Shown: piece after piece, positions 14,221 to 26,710 of the stretch
How positions within the stretch are numbered: position 1 is the first letter of the stretch
How the letters are laid out: each line of letters starts with the position of its first letter
From: Chiloscyllium plagiosum
Taxonomy: Eukaryota
NCBI RefSeq assembly: GCF_004010195.1
Contig: NC_057718.1
Location: 45,682,322 to 45,746,321 of the forward strand
DNA length: 64,000 nt
Direction: 5' to 3'
The notes under the pieces: generated by a model
Seen by the model: only the letters and a program-made list of their open reading frames with translations
Told to the model about the DNA's origin: nothing
Database searches by the model: none
Program-made: the position numbers and the translations under genes

Positions 14221-15129
14221 CTGAGGTTGTTCGAAAGGCTGGATATCCCTTTTTTTTTATTCCAGAAGCAAATGCAGCTATTTTTGTTTTTTTTCTATTT
14301 GATATTCTTGAAAAGAAGTTAATGCTTTTGATCATCTAAAGACTTCCCAGCATGTGATACTCCTACACTGAACAATGAGAAGAGGTTATGCTTTGCTGGG
14401 CATATGAGAAGTAGTAGCACTCCCTTAAAGAGGGCTCTAACATAGTATGATGCTTGACTCTAATAGCTGTCGTCACATAGACAGTGGAGCAAATAGTCTT
14501 TTACGCAACATATCAGTACATTTACAAAATTTGAGTTTGTATTTGCAATAAGTGTCACCCGTGCCACCTATTTACCCTCAGGAGTTCTCTTTCATGCGCC
14601 CCCTCCCATTGTACGCACTGTGAATGGCAGCTCACTGGTCGGCAGTACCTGACCTGTAGCACAGCTGGGCTTTTAATGAGGTAATGCGCTGGAGTTCACA
14701 AAGAAATACCATCAACAAAACTCCCTGAAATTGACACTTTGTTGATTTTTAGTAAAATGCATTCTTTATTTCCCTCTCAGCAGATCCTGCCAGACCAAGT
14801 GAAATTTTCCAGCACTTTATTTTGCTTTTAGACACAATTTGCCCATTTCACTCAACAAAATAGGTGACATCCACTTTCTGGCTCATGTCTCAGAGTAATG
14901 ACTCACCAGAGTAAACTGCTTGGGTTAAAATTTAAACAAAGCTTGACAATTGTCAGTCATCACCTATCTGTTGCATTCTGCTCTGCAAGACCTCTATCAA
15001 TCACAGTCCACTTGGTAACCAACCAGTACTCTTCTCATACAGCATAAAATGTATTTTTCATTTTAAATTGGCATTTGTTGGGAATTGTCCAGATTATGAG
15101 TAAAGTCAAAAAGCATTGACAAAGACTGT

Positions 15130-18100
15130 CTTTATTCAGTAATACTCAAGTTCTATACTTCCAAACAACTATATTAAACTATTTATTTGAAGACAGTGAC
15201 ACAATACAAATGTGTGCTAGGCAGCCCATGAGTTGCACATATTTCTAATATGTACTGGAGAACAATTGGCATCCTTGCTCAAAAGGGTGATGGATAATAT
15301 TCCTGCACCACAAATCCTCTTTGTCTTCAGGTTGTTTCAATGCAAATGGTGTACACACAGTCACATTAAAAAGGTGGAGTGAAAGTGGTCTTACACACAT
15401 TTACATTGTTGAGAACTCCAAACGGTCTTAAAAACAATTGTTTTGTGGCCAAGGAGGAAATAGACCCTTTAAACTTGCATGCCAAGGAAAGCCATTTCCT
15501 TCCTATTGCACAGATGCAATTCTACCACTGCAATGTGAAAGGCCTTTAAAAGTCGCTCATGAAAATTAACTTGGCAGAATACAACATTACATTGCCTGAT
15601 AAACAGCCTTTCTCCAGCCATAGTATACAGAATTGCTTTATTGAAAATTATATGAACCTCATAAATAAGAATGCCTTTTTGCAAACATTCTGCACATCGA
15701 AAAGCATTTTCAAGCTTTTTCTTCATTTGTAAAATTCCCTTCCATTTAATTTCATATGGGTTCAATCAATTCAGTATTGTGTACCAAACGATTTTCCAAC
15801 TACCTTCAATGAAAATATATTCAATTTAATTCAATACATAAATGTGAAAAAAACCATTCATTTGCCTGTGATTTCAGCTATTATATGGAGATCTGCCCTA
15901 TCAATGGTGTCTTTTCCTTTCAATACTGTTTCTTGGTCTAAACAACACAAACAAAAACCCCTACTGATAAAAACCAAACCACTGACAATAAACAATATGC
16001 TAAAAGATTATTAAAGTCAACTGAGCATCAAAACAACTTGTTTGAGATGTTTGTACTAAAGGATCATCATGTGGGACCGCTTAATTGCATAATCTGTTTA
16101 ATAGCATTGGTGTCTCTGGAGCTCCTGATGTGCAATTATGTAGGTACTTTCAGGAGATGGAATCCCATGTGATTTTGATTAAAATTATATTATGAAAACA
16201 AGTTATATGCAACAGTTGACTAAAATGTCACTTGAGCCTCAATTGATTTCTTATATTACAAAGGAGTGGGAATTCTTTTTAAGCCATTTTGATATTTATA
16301 CCAATGTCTTTCTGGTCTTCTATTATTAGGTCATGATTATTACACATCATAATTTTTCTGAATGGGTAAAATATGTTTTATTTGTATTAATTAGCCCTCA
16401 TTTTAATGTCTATTGAGGTGATTTAATATCTAAACATTCATCTACTTCACAAGTAATTCCCAAATCGTCACATGATTTGGACAATTTAGTCCTCCAACTA
16501 GTACCATTATTGATCAAAAGTCTTCCATTTAATATATTTCTAATACATGTTTACTATTAACATATATACCAATTAATCTAACTTTCTAATATGCATAAAT
16601 GCTTCAATTTAATCTGAGTGGAGGAATCCTATGGTAATCCACTCAACTAATTTATCACTTCTTTAGACCTTTGTTTTCTTCTGAAAGACAGTTATTCACT
16701 TCTCACACTTACAAATGTTTCATCTAATTCCAAGTACCAAATCTCTACAAAGTTATGTACCATTTATTTAAATGTTGCTGGATGGTCAAGTGATTTTTTT
16801 TATGCCTGGATTTTACCAAGCATACCACTAATGAGGCTTTGCCATAAGGGATTGACTAAAAGAAAAATCTTCAAATACTTTTTTTTGGCAGCAATAATTA
16901 TTCAAAAAGAACTGGAACGGATCTTTTACATACAATCTTTTCCCACCCAGAAATTTCCATATGCTGCATGGGAAGATCGCCATTTTCTGATGTCTTTGAT
17001 CTGGAATTCCTTTTTAGACAAGTTGCTGTTTTATAAATATTTTTCCACAACATAAGACAACTATTAGAGATATTTCATTACTGAAAAGGTTCCAAGCTTT
17101 TATTTATTCCAGAAATCAATACAATATAGGAGATTTATCAATGGGTGCCACAATAGTAATTGCAGATCACCCATCAATTTGCCAACACACAACTAAACCA
17201 GTATTGCTCAAGTGCATGGTTCTAATGGTCTTTAAGTTAACCAGGAAAGAGAAAGTTCTTCACAATAATCAAATACATACTCATTCCCAAACATGTTAAA
17301 TGAAAACATAGAAAATGATATATCCTAATTATAACCATATTCATGGGCAGATAAAGTTTATCAGTATCTTCAATTTTGAAAAATTCAATTTGTTAAACAA
17401 AAAGCCTTTTCTTTACCAATCCCCCACAGAAAAAAAATTATGACTTTTCCTCAATTTAGATTCCTGTATTATTTTGTATCTGCTATCAACCTTTGTACTA
17501 AATCCAAGGCAGTATCAGTGTTCCCAAATCCAGAGAACTGCATACATACTTAGCTCAGAATAACTATTTTCCATTCATTAAGCACATTTACAAATTTTAC
17601 ATATCAAAAAGCAAAAAATTCTGAACTGTTATAATTGTAAGTTAATTTTAGGATGGCAAGCTTATTTGAAAGTACTGCAACATTGAAGACCACTCAAAAT
17701 ACCTATTGGACCTTTGATTTGCATTCCCAAATGTAAATAAATCCTATTTGTGTTTGGATTGCTTGTGTAAAGAAATACAGAATTTTACATTACAATACAT
17801 TAACAGCAAATCCAAAAATAAAAAATCTACACATCAGGTATTGAAAGGTTTGTTTGTACAAGTTGACCATCATAGCAATACACCCAGCTCAGAATTTGAT
17901 GCACTTGGTATCTGTAAGCCAATAGTAAAGTGAATATTTATCTTACATCAAAATATCTCTGAGTAACCTTTTTTCACCTGGATGATGAGAGCATATTGAA
18001 GAAACACTTCTAGTGAGGCAAGTCGAATGGAATAATTTTCAAATACAGCACAAAGCTTTTGGTTTAGACAAACTTTGAAAGCATACATGAAACTACAGCG

Positions 18101-18946
18101 ATTGAATTTATTGTATATAAAACTTAAATAGACAGCAACATTTCCCCATATCACTTCATGAGCACATATTCTCTGAATTACTGCACGACCATGCATGCAT
18201 ATTTTGTCAATGTCTAAAGGAGTTGTGAACATAGGAGGCTTGGGCAGCAGGGAAGCTCTACTTTGGTGCTTGGAAGTAACAATTCAATTGCAAGTGTTCC
18301 ATTATACTTAAGAGCTTTAAAAACGTAAAATTCAAACAAGCAGTCAACCCAAAACCAAATGCTTCACACTCGCAGAAGTACAACTACAGTAACTACTGAA
18401 ATGTACATAAAGAATCACAAATATACAATCTCATGCAAGCACACAAATGTGTAAATACAAAATCACTTAAATACACGCTCACACACACATAGTAGTCAGT
18501 ATTTCATAAACATACAAGATTTTACTGACAAGAGTATAAAAGAGGCTTACTGACCACCATAACTAGGCAAATTTGTGTATAAAACAGATAGTCATTGAAT
18601 TTGGAATATGTTAAAGTTCTTGTTCAGAAAGTGTCTTATTTGATTACAGAAGACTGAAGGGGTTAAAAAGTCACCTTGTTTTTATTGTGTAGCTTCTGCT
18701 TATACAGGCAGAAATCAGGACATCTGGAGCATGGAGTTAGAACAAGAAAGGGAGGTGCTTGAATAAACCAATCACAGACACCGACAAGGAGCACAGCATG
18801 GACAATGCAGTGGGGAAGCAGTTCGAAGCTGGGCGTTTTGTCTGGCGATGGCCAGGCAGTGGTGACTAATGAAGCATTGGGGATGTGGGCCGTATGCCAG
18901 CACTGGAAGGAGATGTGCATCAGCTTTGCAGATGTGTCAAAGCCCC
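15130..18946 (-). other. Candidate terminal exon with long 3'UTR of an unidentified minus-strand gene
   Basis: Acceptor ttattttgctctAG at 18947-18948; phase-0 reading GALTHLQS* (stop 18920-18922); followed by ~3.7 kb free of recognisable TEs, U-rich with many UGUA motifs and several AATAAA (e.g. ~18680, ~17100, ~16378). 3' end uncertain. Confidence 0.4.
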
Positions 18947-19924
18947 CTAGAGCAAAATAATGACATAATCACCATCAGTGTCACAGACCAGACTGCACAC
19001 AAGGTGACATGGGAGACAAAAAAATGAAAGTGAATCCTTCAGAGGCTCTGAATACATACTGCAAGATTGATTCAAGCCTTCGGATCTTTATTCTCTCCCC
19101 ATTAGAAATACCAAACGTACTTAAATACAAAAGAAATTAAGGTGAAATTTCATGAAGTGATAGCCTGTGGACTACACACAAACAAAAATTAAAGGTTTTT
19201 TTTTTAAGTGGCACTAATAAAGTATGAACAGGCTTTCAGTATGATGGTGCTTGTGTACAGCTGTCTGGGCTTCAAGTGACTTGTCAGCTTTAAGTGAATG
19301 CTTGTGAAGGTGGAAGAATAGTGGCAAGTAACCAACGAGAAAAGATTGCAACAAAGCATTTGGCTCCAGTAGTGCCCCTTTCATTGCTTCTAATTAAAGA
19401 TTCATAAGAACGGTTTCAATTTTTTATGAGTTCTTTTGCATTACCATATCAACAGCATCTACTTCTAATTTCACTTTAAGTTTTGTATGTATGTACGAAA
19501 TATACAAATCTAGAGTTGTATACAATATACAAGTCTATCAATTAACCCAAAAAGAAAAATATGCCACTTGATTGATAACTTTATTTTATGAGACTGCCTA
19601 GGAAATAGAACACAAATGCTTTTTTTTATTGGCCAAAATGAAATATTGCATTTACCAGCTGTGGCTTCATTATTAAAGAGAGAACAATAAAGTTTCTGTA
19701 ATCACAAAATCGTATTGCACTAACTGTTGTATATCAGGTAGAAAATTGCTACAGATCATTTATTAGGATTGTGCATCTAATTAAGGAAATAATCCTAAAG
19801 CAACTTTTCAGTGAATAGTACTAAATTTAAATATCATACTTAACCCATCAGATATCAGTAAAATCGAAGTATACAAAGATCAAAAATAACTATCACGTCA
19901 AAATCTTTTTCAAATTACTTCAAG

Positions 19925-20155
19925 AGCAGTTTAGGAATTATTTTAAAGTATATTGAGAGACCACAAAGTTGAAGTAATTTATACATAGCTATAGTTTAGT
20001 ACAATTTGAGATTATGTGCCAAAATATAAGTACTCAAAAGACAGACAGGGAAATTCCAAGAGGACAAACATGACGATGAAGCTGATATCCAATGATTTTT
20101 TTGTCTTCAAGTATAAAATCCTGAATGGTGTTGAAAAGTGTAACACCTACGGTCA
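19925..20155 (+). repeat. Left arm of 230-bp inverted repeat (very old CR1-like sequence)
   Basis: Reverse complement of 21443-21672, about 92% identical by manual count; translates weakly to KYKILNGVEK (cf. CR1 VYKIM.G.D). Confidence 0.95.
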
Positions 20156-20319
20156 AGTCATGTTTTATTCCTTCACTCTGAATTTTCTAGTTCATTTTGA
20201 TTGTCTTGCAGATTTACCTTGTAGTAACTTAATAATGCAAATACATTCATTGTGCCCACTGCAGCAAACTAAGTAACACAAGCTTTCTCCAATAACAATA
20301 AAAACAAACAACACATTTC

Positions 20320-20972
20320 GATGGAATCATGTACCCTTTCATGGTGAGTTTGGTGGCGGGGGAGAATTTCCTTAGGTAAGATTGTGGTGGGTAGGAGCAC
20401 TGCTACCTACTTGCCACTGTCTTGATTAAGTCCATGGTGAAATGGCCTGTGGCTCACCGTCAAATAAAACCCTCAATGAACATTTAACATGCCTCATCCC
20501 ACTTTAACCGTTATTAACCTAGCGGCAGTTAGGATGCTAGGATGGGGTGGATGATCCCTCCTTTAAAGTGCCTGATTGAGGAATCCAGGACTGGAAAGGG
20601 AGGCGCTGACTGAAAGTCACCTTCTATCCATGGTGCCCAATCCCCTACATGCCCTTCCCCAAAAACCTATTCCTAACATCACTCAGCCATGGCCCAGGTC
20701 TTGTGTGACTGTTGTTCTATCAGCAAGCATTACCCCCCCAGTAGCACCGTCATTTGGGAGAGCTGTACAAATCTGAATTACAGGTAATTCCTGATGGGAC
20801 CTCAAGGGCAGAGGAGGCACCTAATTCAGATGGAAGGCCTGCTACCGGCGTGTCAACTAGATGTTTCCAGGTGGCCTTCCAGTCGTACGAGTCAATCAGG
20901 CAATGTATGTGAATTGCTGGGGTCCGTAGCAGCGATTGAGATCCTTGTTGCCCACATAAGATTCTGGCCAAT
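20320..20972. mobile_element. Probable non-autonomous DNA element (Harbinger-like ends)
   Basis: GC-richer island starting atggaatcat and ending aagattctggcc; similar ends at ~38410-38420 and ~29665-29676. Confidence 0.35.
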
Positions 20973-21442
20973 GATGCCACGCACAAATCATCATACAAAC
21001 AGCGAAGTGATTTCTTGTCTAGCCTTTCACTATGTCATGATAAGCCAGAGTAACTCATTTGTTTATTTATTTTATTGTAGCCTCCTGGAAGCATAAATGA
21101 ATTTGAATGTCTCCGGTACATTATGTTAAATCAATACTTTTGCCATTTTTTATTTTAAAAGTTAATGATTCAATAAATGTTTTTGCACAATACATTGTTG
21201 CAACATGTTTAGATTCCAGTTGAGATTTTGGTGGTGCTCCCAAGTTCCTGCCTTGATCTCACTTTTAGAAAATAAGAATCCCATCGTTGGATTACTTGTC
21301 ATAGATGATTCCAAAAAGTAATTCGGCTGATGCATAATTTTGACATGCAATTGTTAAGTAGTTTAGAAATGCATTGCACTTCAAAAAATGTAGAATTAAG
21401 AACCTTATTTAAAATAAACAAAAAATTATTTAACTAAATAAA

Positions 21443-21672
21443 TGACCAGAAGTGTTACACTTTTCAACACCATTCAGGATTTTATACTTGAAGCCAAAAA
21501 TCCTTGGATATCAGCTTCAGCATCATGTTTGCCCTCTTGTAATTTCCCAGTCTGTCTTTTGAGTACTTATATTTTGGCGCACAATCTCAAATTGTACTAA
21601 ACTATAGCTATGTATAAATTACTTCAACTTTGTGGTCTCTCAATAAAACTTTAAAATAATTCCTAAATTGCT
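21443..21672 (-). repeat. Right arm of 230-bp inverted repeat
   Basis: Reverse complement of 19925-20155. Confidence 0.95.
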
Positions 21673-23164
21673 GCATTTGTATTTGTTCTTCCCTTTATGT
21701 GCAAGTACAAAATGGTTTTGGATGCACATCATTGTGAAAGATGGCAACCTAATGCAGGTGTGAAGTCCAAATCTGATACCCAGACACACTACAACCAAAC
21801 AGCGAAGACACTTTCAAGAAGCTATTTCAGACTGCTGGGAATTTATATTGGCTGCAATTCATTTCTCACCCAACACTAAGCTGCACTTTCAAAGTGGCTC
21901 AGACAGAGCCACAAAGATTTGGGATATAATTTGGGATTTTATAAGACGGGTGAAATCAACAATAACAGCCTTCTTTTACATGGCATCTTTATCATAGAAA
22001 AAAAAATGTTCCAATTTGCTTTGTCGAGACACAAGGCAAAATCAGAAATGTTGGGCTGAATATAATATGCCTCAGCTGGATGAATTTTTGGGAATGAAAA
22101 ATAGGGCAGGTGGCCAGCTTCTCATCCACCCCAAAACTGGCATCTTGCCCACCATATTTAAATAAATAAGGGCCTACTGAGCTCATTAAGAGTTCCAGTA
22201 ATGCCAACATTATCCTGCCCACACCATAACATGGTTGGCATGGACAGGTGGGAATTGTGTGGGCACAGAGTCTGTAATGATAAACAGGGTGCCCATTACT
22301 AAAAGTGTGCGATGGAGGGAGGTACTATATTTTGGAGAGTGTCCTCTGCATTTTTGTAGAAGGTAGTAGTCTCCCTTCCTCTCCACTGAGAGTTACAACC
22401 CATGCCTTCAACCCCTTTCTCAAGGTAACCAAATGCTCCCTGCCCAATCACAAAGAACTGTGAATGCTGGAAATCTGAAAATAGAAATAGATGGAGAAAC
22501 TCAGCAGGTCTGGCCGCATTTTTGGAGAGAAAGCAGAGTCAACATTTCAGGTCCACTGACGCTTCTTCAGAAGCCTCCTGCCCACTGCGTCTTACCTGTT
22601 TGGGTCAAGGGATCCACTAGTCTCAATCCTAGGACTGGCTGCAATCCCAGCAGTGTCCATTAGTCTGGTGCTGCCTGAATATATGGAGCTGTCAATCAAT
22701 CACACTGGCTGCCATCCACTGAGGGCAGATGTCCCATTCCCTTTTAATTCCTGTGTACAGCATGTTACCGCCAATGAGACAGACTTCTACTGGACCTGTT
22801 CTCGCTAGCTGCTGAATTTCCTCTTGTTTTCTGCTCCTTACCTATGTTTCTAAAATTCATTACAAGTTGGTATTAAACATTAAAAAAGGTTCATTCTGTA
22901 AATGGAAAAAACTCAGTTATGAGCAGAGTCAAAATGTGTTACTGGAGGAGATAAAAGGCTGATTACTGCACAGGTTTTTAAAGCATGAATGGTTTCTTTT
23001 TATTAATTTACAGGGTATCACTGGCTAGGCCAGCATTCATTGCCCATTCCTAAGAGTCAACCACATTGCTGTGGGTCTACAGTTGATATAATTCTGGTTA
23101 AGTGATATTTCTTAGAGCTTAGATATCTCAGATTCTGTTTTTGTAGAATTAGTAGCAGCAGCAT

Positions 23165-23930
23165 TGGAGAATCATAAAACACTGAAGGAGGTTATTCGTC
23201 CCAATGTGCTCATTTTAGAGTCATGGAATCAGAGATGTACAGCACAGAAAAGTTGTACAGCAACTGTCTGTCTCTTGGAAACAGCATGGAAACAGACCCT
23301 TTGGTCCAACTCATCTATGCTGACCAGATATTCTAAACTGATCTGGTCTCTTTTGCCAACATTTGGCACATATTCCTGTAATTCTTTCCTATTCATACTC
23401 CCATTAAAGCTGCTTTTTAAATGTCATAATTGTATCTGCCCCCACCATTTCCTCTGGCAGCCCATTCCTTACATGCACCATCTGCATGAAAAAGTTGCCC
23501 CCTAGGTCTCTTAAATCTTTCCCCTCTCACCTTAAACCTATGCCCTCTTTGGACTTCCCTACCCTGGAAACAAATATCTTGGCTATTCATCTGATCCATG
23601 CCCCTCATGATTTTATAAACCTCTATAAAGGTCATCCCTCAGCCTCCACGCTCCAGGAAAAACAGCCCCAACCTATTCAGCCTCTCCCTATATAGTTCAA
23701 ATCTTCCAACTCTGAGCAACACTTTTTAAATCTTTTCGAAACCTTTTCAAGTTTAATTACATCTTTCCTATAGGAGGGAGACCAGAATTGCACACAGTAC
23801 TCCAAAAGTGACCTAATCAATCAATGTCCTGTACAGCTGCAAAATGACATTCAATGCATTGACCAATAAAGACAAGCATGTCAAACACCTTCACTACCCT
23901 GTCGACCTGCAATTTCACTTTCAAGACATT
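23165..23930 (-). mobile_element. CR1 LINE 3' fragment
   Basis: IEVYKIMRGMDQ...GHRFKVRGERFK; nucleotide similarity to 9765-10450. Confidence 0.9.
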
Positions 23931-24029
23931 TCCAACTAATCCTATTCTGTTGTGTCTTCCCCACAACATTTTACCTGTTCAAGTATTCAATCCATAAGCC
24001 TTAATAGCCTCAAGGGTTAAGTTACAATA

Positions 24030-24237
24030 GTCCTACCGAATCACAGGTTCCTTTCTCATTAGAGACAGACAATTGGTGGTGGTTTAACCCAAGGGTCACC
24101 ATGCTTGAGGAGATGGCAAAGTTAACAAGGAGGGACATTCATGGTTACCTCAGCCAGTGTTAGGATTAAACCTGCACAGCTGACATCACTCTGCATTGCA
24201 AACCAGCCATCCAGCTAACTGAGCTAACTGACCTCCC
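24030..24237 (-). mobile_element. tRNA-derived SINE
   Basis: Minus strand has A-box-like ttagctcagttagc and B-box-like ggtttaatcc, followed by a ggtgacccttgggttaaaccaccacc body. Confidence 0.55.
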
Positions 24238-24699
24238 TTCTACACCTAGTAGTGCTCAAAACTAGCAACCAATCCTGATGCACTTTCCCAACATTGAATG
24301 TTACTGACAAAAATACAGAGTCTGCACCTTGCACACTGCAATTCTATTGCTACATCTTGATCCTGGTCACACTGCATTAAGTTCGATACAACGAAAGGTC
24401 TGCTGACTGAGTACTGCAGCTGACAAACAGAAGTCACAGATCAATCACTGCAGTTGGTAACTTTACGCAAAACATTTAAAAGAATATTGGAAATGCCTTA
24501 TGAATTCTCTTTGATAGACTATTGCTTTCTAAATGTCATTCAAATAATCAATGTTATGTACAATTTGAAAGGGCTATTACAATGTAAGCAGGCATAAAAC
24601 GTAAAAAGGTTATTCAGAGAATAATTTGTGCTTTGTCAGTGCACTGTCTTTTTTTTAAACTCAGTTTGCTCACTGAAATCCTTACACCTTTGCTTTTGA

Positions 24700-25022
24700 A
24701 CTATGGGCACCTGCATTTTAACTTTATTGTTAGCAGAAATACGTGCTTCACTGTAGGCTGTGACCCCCAGCAGCTGTTTGAAGAACCAAGTCTTTGCTCC
24801 AATTGATAATCCTCTCCGGAATGAAGAAAGAACTGAGCTGACAGAGCTGTGGGTAAGGAGAACTGAATGTCAGACAATAGATATACCACATTCAGTCTTT
24901 GAACTTCTCCCATCTCTGAAGGACGATTAATTATGAAGGCCTTTGGGGTAGGTCAAAGCAAGGGAGAAGCTATTGCTGGTTGAGCTCTCCTGCTGGTATT
25001 CATGTTTGTTAAATGGCTGTGC
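24700..25022 (-). other. Candidate alternative terminal exon
   Basis: AG at 25023-25024 after a UG/UGC-rich tract; stops in all three frames within ~100 nt (phase 0 AQPFNKHEYQQESSTSNSFSLALTYPKGLHN*); AATAAA at 24723-24728. Confidence 0.3.
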
Positions 25023-25156
25023 CTTTCGGGACACAGCAACAGCAGCAGCAACCAAAATAACCAATACATCATTTAAAGGAAGTGAAAGAATGTTTTTGAT
25101 ACTGTATGTGACTGCCCCTGTGTAATTCCATTCTCACTGTGAACTCGTCCACTCAC

Positions 25157-25241
25157 CCAAGAACAATTTTCAGAAGAGCCACAGGGTAGGTCAGAGCGGA
25201 GATGGCCTCTCAGCAGTGTATTAAAAGGGACACTCTTTTCA
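25157..25241 (-). other. Candidate 85-bp internal exon
   Basis: Strong acceptor tttgtctgttttgcctccctcaattgctgcAG and consensus donor tgg|GTgagt; open frame EKSVPFNTLLRGHLRSDLPCGSSENCSW ending in phase 0. Confidence 0.45.
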
Positions 25242-26374
25242 CTGCAGCAATTGAGGGAGGCAAAACAGACAAACACAAAGACTTGAGACTTTTTCTCAAA
25301 CATTAAATGGAGTAACTGATAAGGTCAGACACATGATACCCTAAGACAAATCCAAAACTTTCAATTCAAAAGACACATCCATGCTACACCACGCAAGGAG
25401 AATCTTTCAAAGCACAAAAGATCATAGCATTCCACACAAGCCACTCAAACTTTATAAAGTAAGAGAAAAAAATGTTGTAAGTAGTAAAGCATGACAGAAC
25501 AGCCTTCAACTATTCTGGGAGAAAGATGAGACTTTCCCAGCCAACAAAAAAAAACTTATTTCCCAGAGGTTCCTCTGAACTCTGATACATTTGAAGACAC
25601 GGCTATTGAGAGCAAGAACAATTATGTGCTATACTTCAGCGGTGAAGTCATATTCATCTCAAACAGTATCCCAAGAAGAGGGTAACATCTTACTTGACGT
25701 CTTTGCCCACAAATGAATTACTGGATCTGGTAAGCACCTGCAAGTTATCAAATCCCACAAAAAGAAGAGAAAAAAACCCAGAAGAAATGAGCAGTAAATT
25801 ATGTAGAAAGAAAAACCACAATTATAAATTATGTTCTGCTTTGGTTCAGTAAGGCTTAGAAATTAAGTCTGTGGATGGAATTTTGCAAAGGGGATTGGAG
25901 TCTCAGCATCCAGTTGGACAGCTAGCGAGAGCTCGATGTCACCTCTTTGCCGGAAGGTCTGGCCAGTTAGAGGCCGGCAGCTTTACCAGAGATGCTATGG
26001 CTGTGGCTGCAATCAGAACGACACCCACCCAAAGGCTAGGACTGTCACTAGATCTCGGGTCAGATGCAATAGTGGGAAGATGGTTGTGGGCGGTGGGCAG
26101 CGTGGTTCACAGCAAAGGCTGTCAGCAGGCCTCCCACTTCCCAGAGGCAGGCACCTCGATCAGGAATCAAATTCCTCTGACAGGGGAACCCATCTCTATC
26201 CGGTCACTGCTGTGTTAATTCCTTCCACTGATGGCAGAGACCTTTGAATGAGTGAGTTATTAGTTGAATACTTAAGGGCCTCAATTAGAGTAGGATGGGG
26301 AAGGCCAAAGATCACTCTTATACTGGATGTAAATTGGGACAAAAGCAGGAAAGCTGATCAAATGTCTTCTTGCC

Positions 26375-26710
26375 ATAGCTGAGAGGGATGGAGGGAGGGC
26401 GAGACAGAGCAAGGGCAAGAGAGCGCAGGATGAAGGTGCAGAGAGGAGACAGCGGTCACACAGAGGAGGTTAGGAAGAGAGGGGAGACCAAGAGCAGGGA
26501 GGAGTGGGGCAAGATGGGAGAGGGCGCAAGTGTGGGGAGAATAGAAAGGACTCTGAAGGGAAGAATGAGGAGAAAAGTAGTGAGTGTGATGGGACTTGGG
26601 TGGAAAGAAAAGTGTGTGGGGAGTTGGGGGATGGAAGAGAGTGAGGAGAAATGTGTATGTGTTAAGGAGGGGGAGGAGAGATTGTGGTAGGAGTGGAGTG
26701 AGAGGGTGCA
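26375..26710 (+). repeat. Purine-rich (GA) low-complexity tract
   Basis: Strong G/A bias (gagagggatggagggaggg...); generates spurious overlapping ORFs. Confidence 0.8.
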
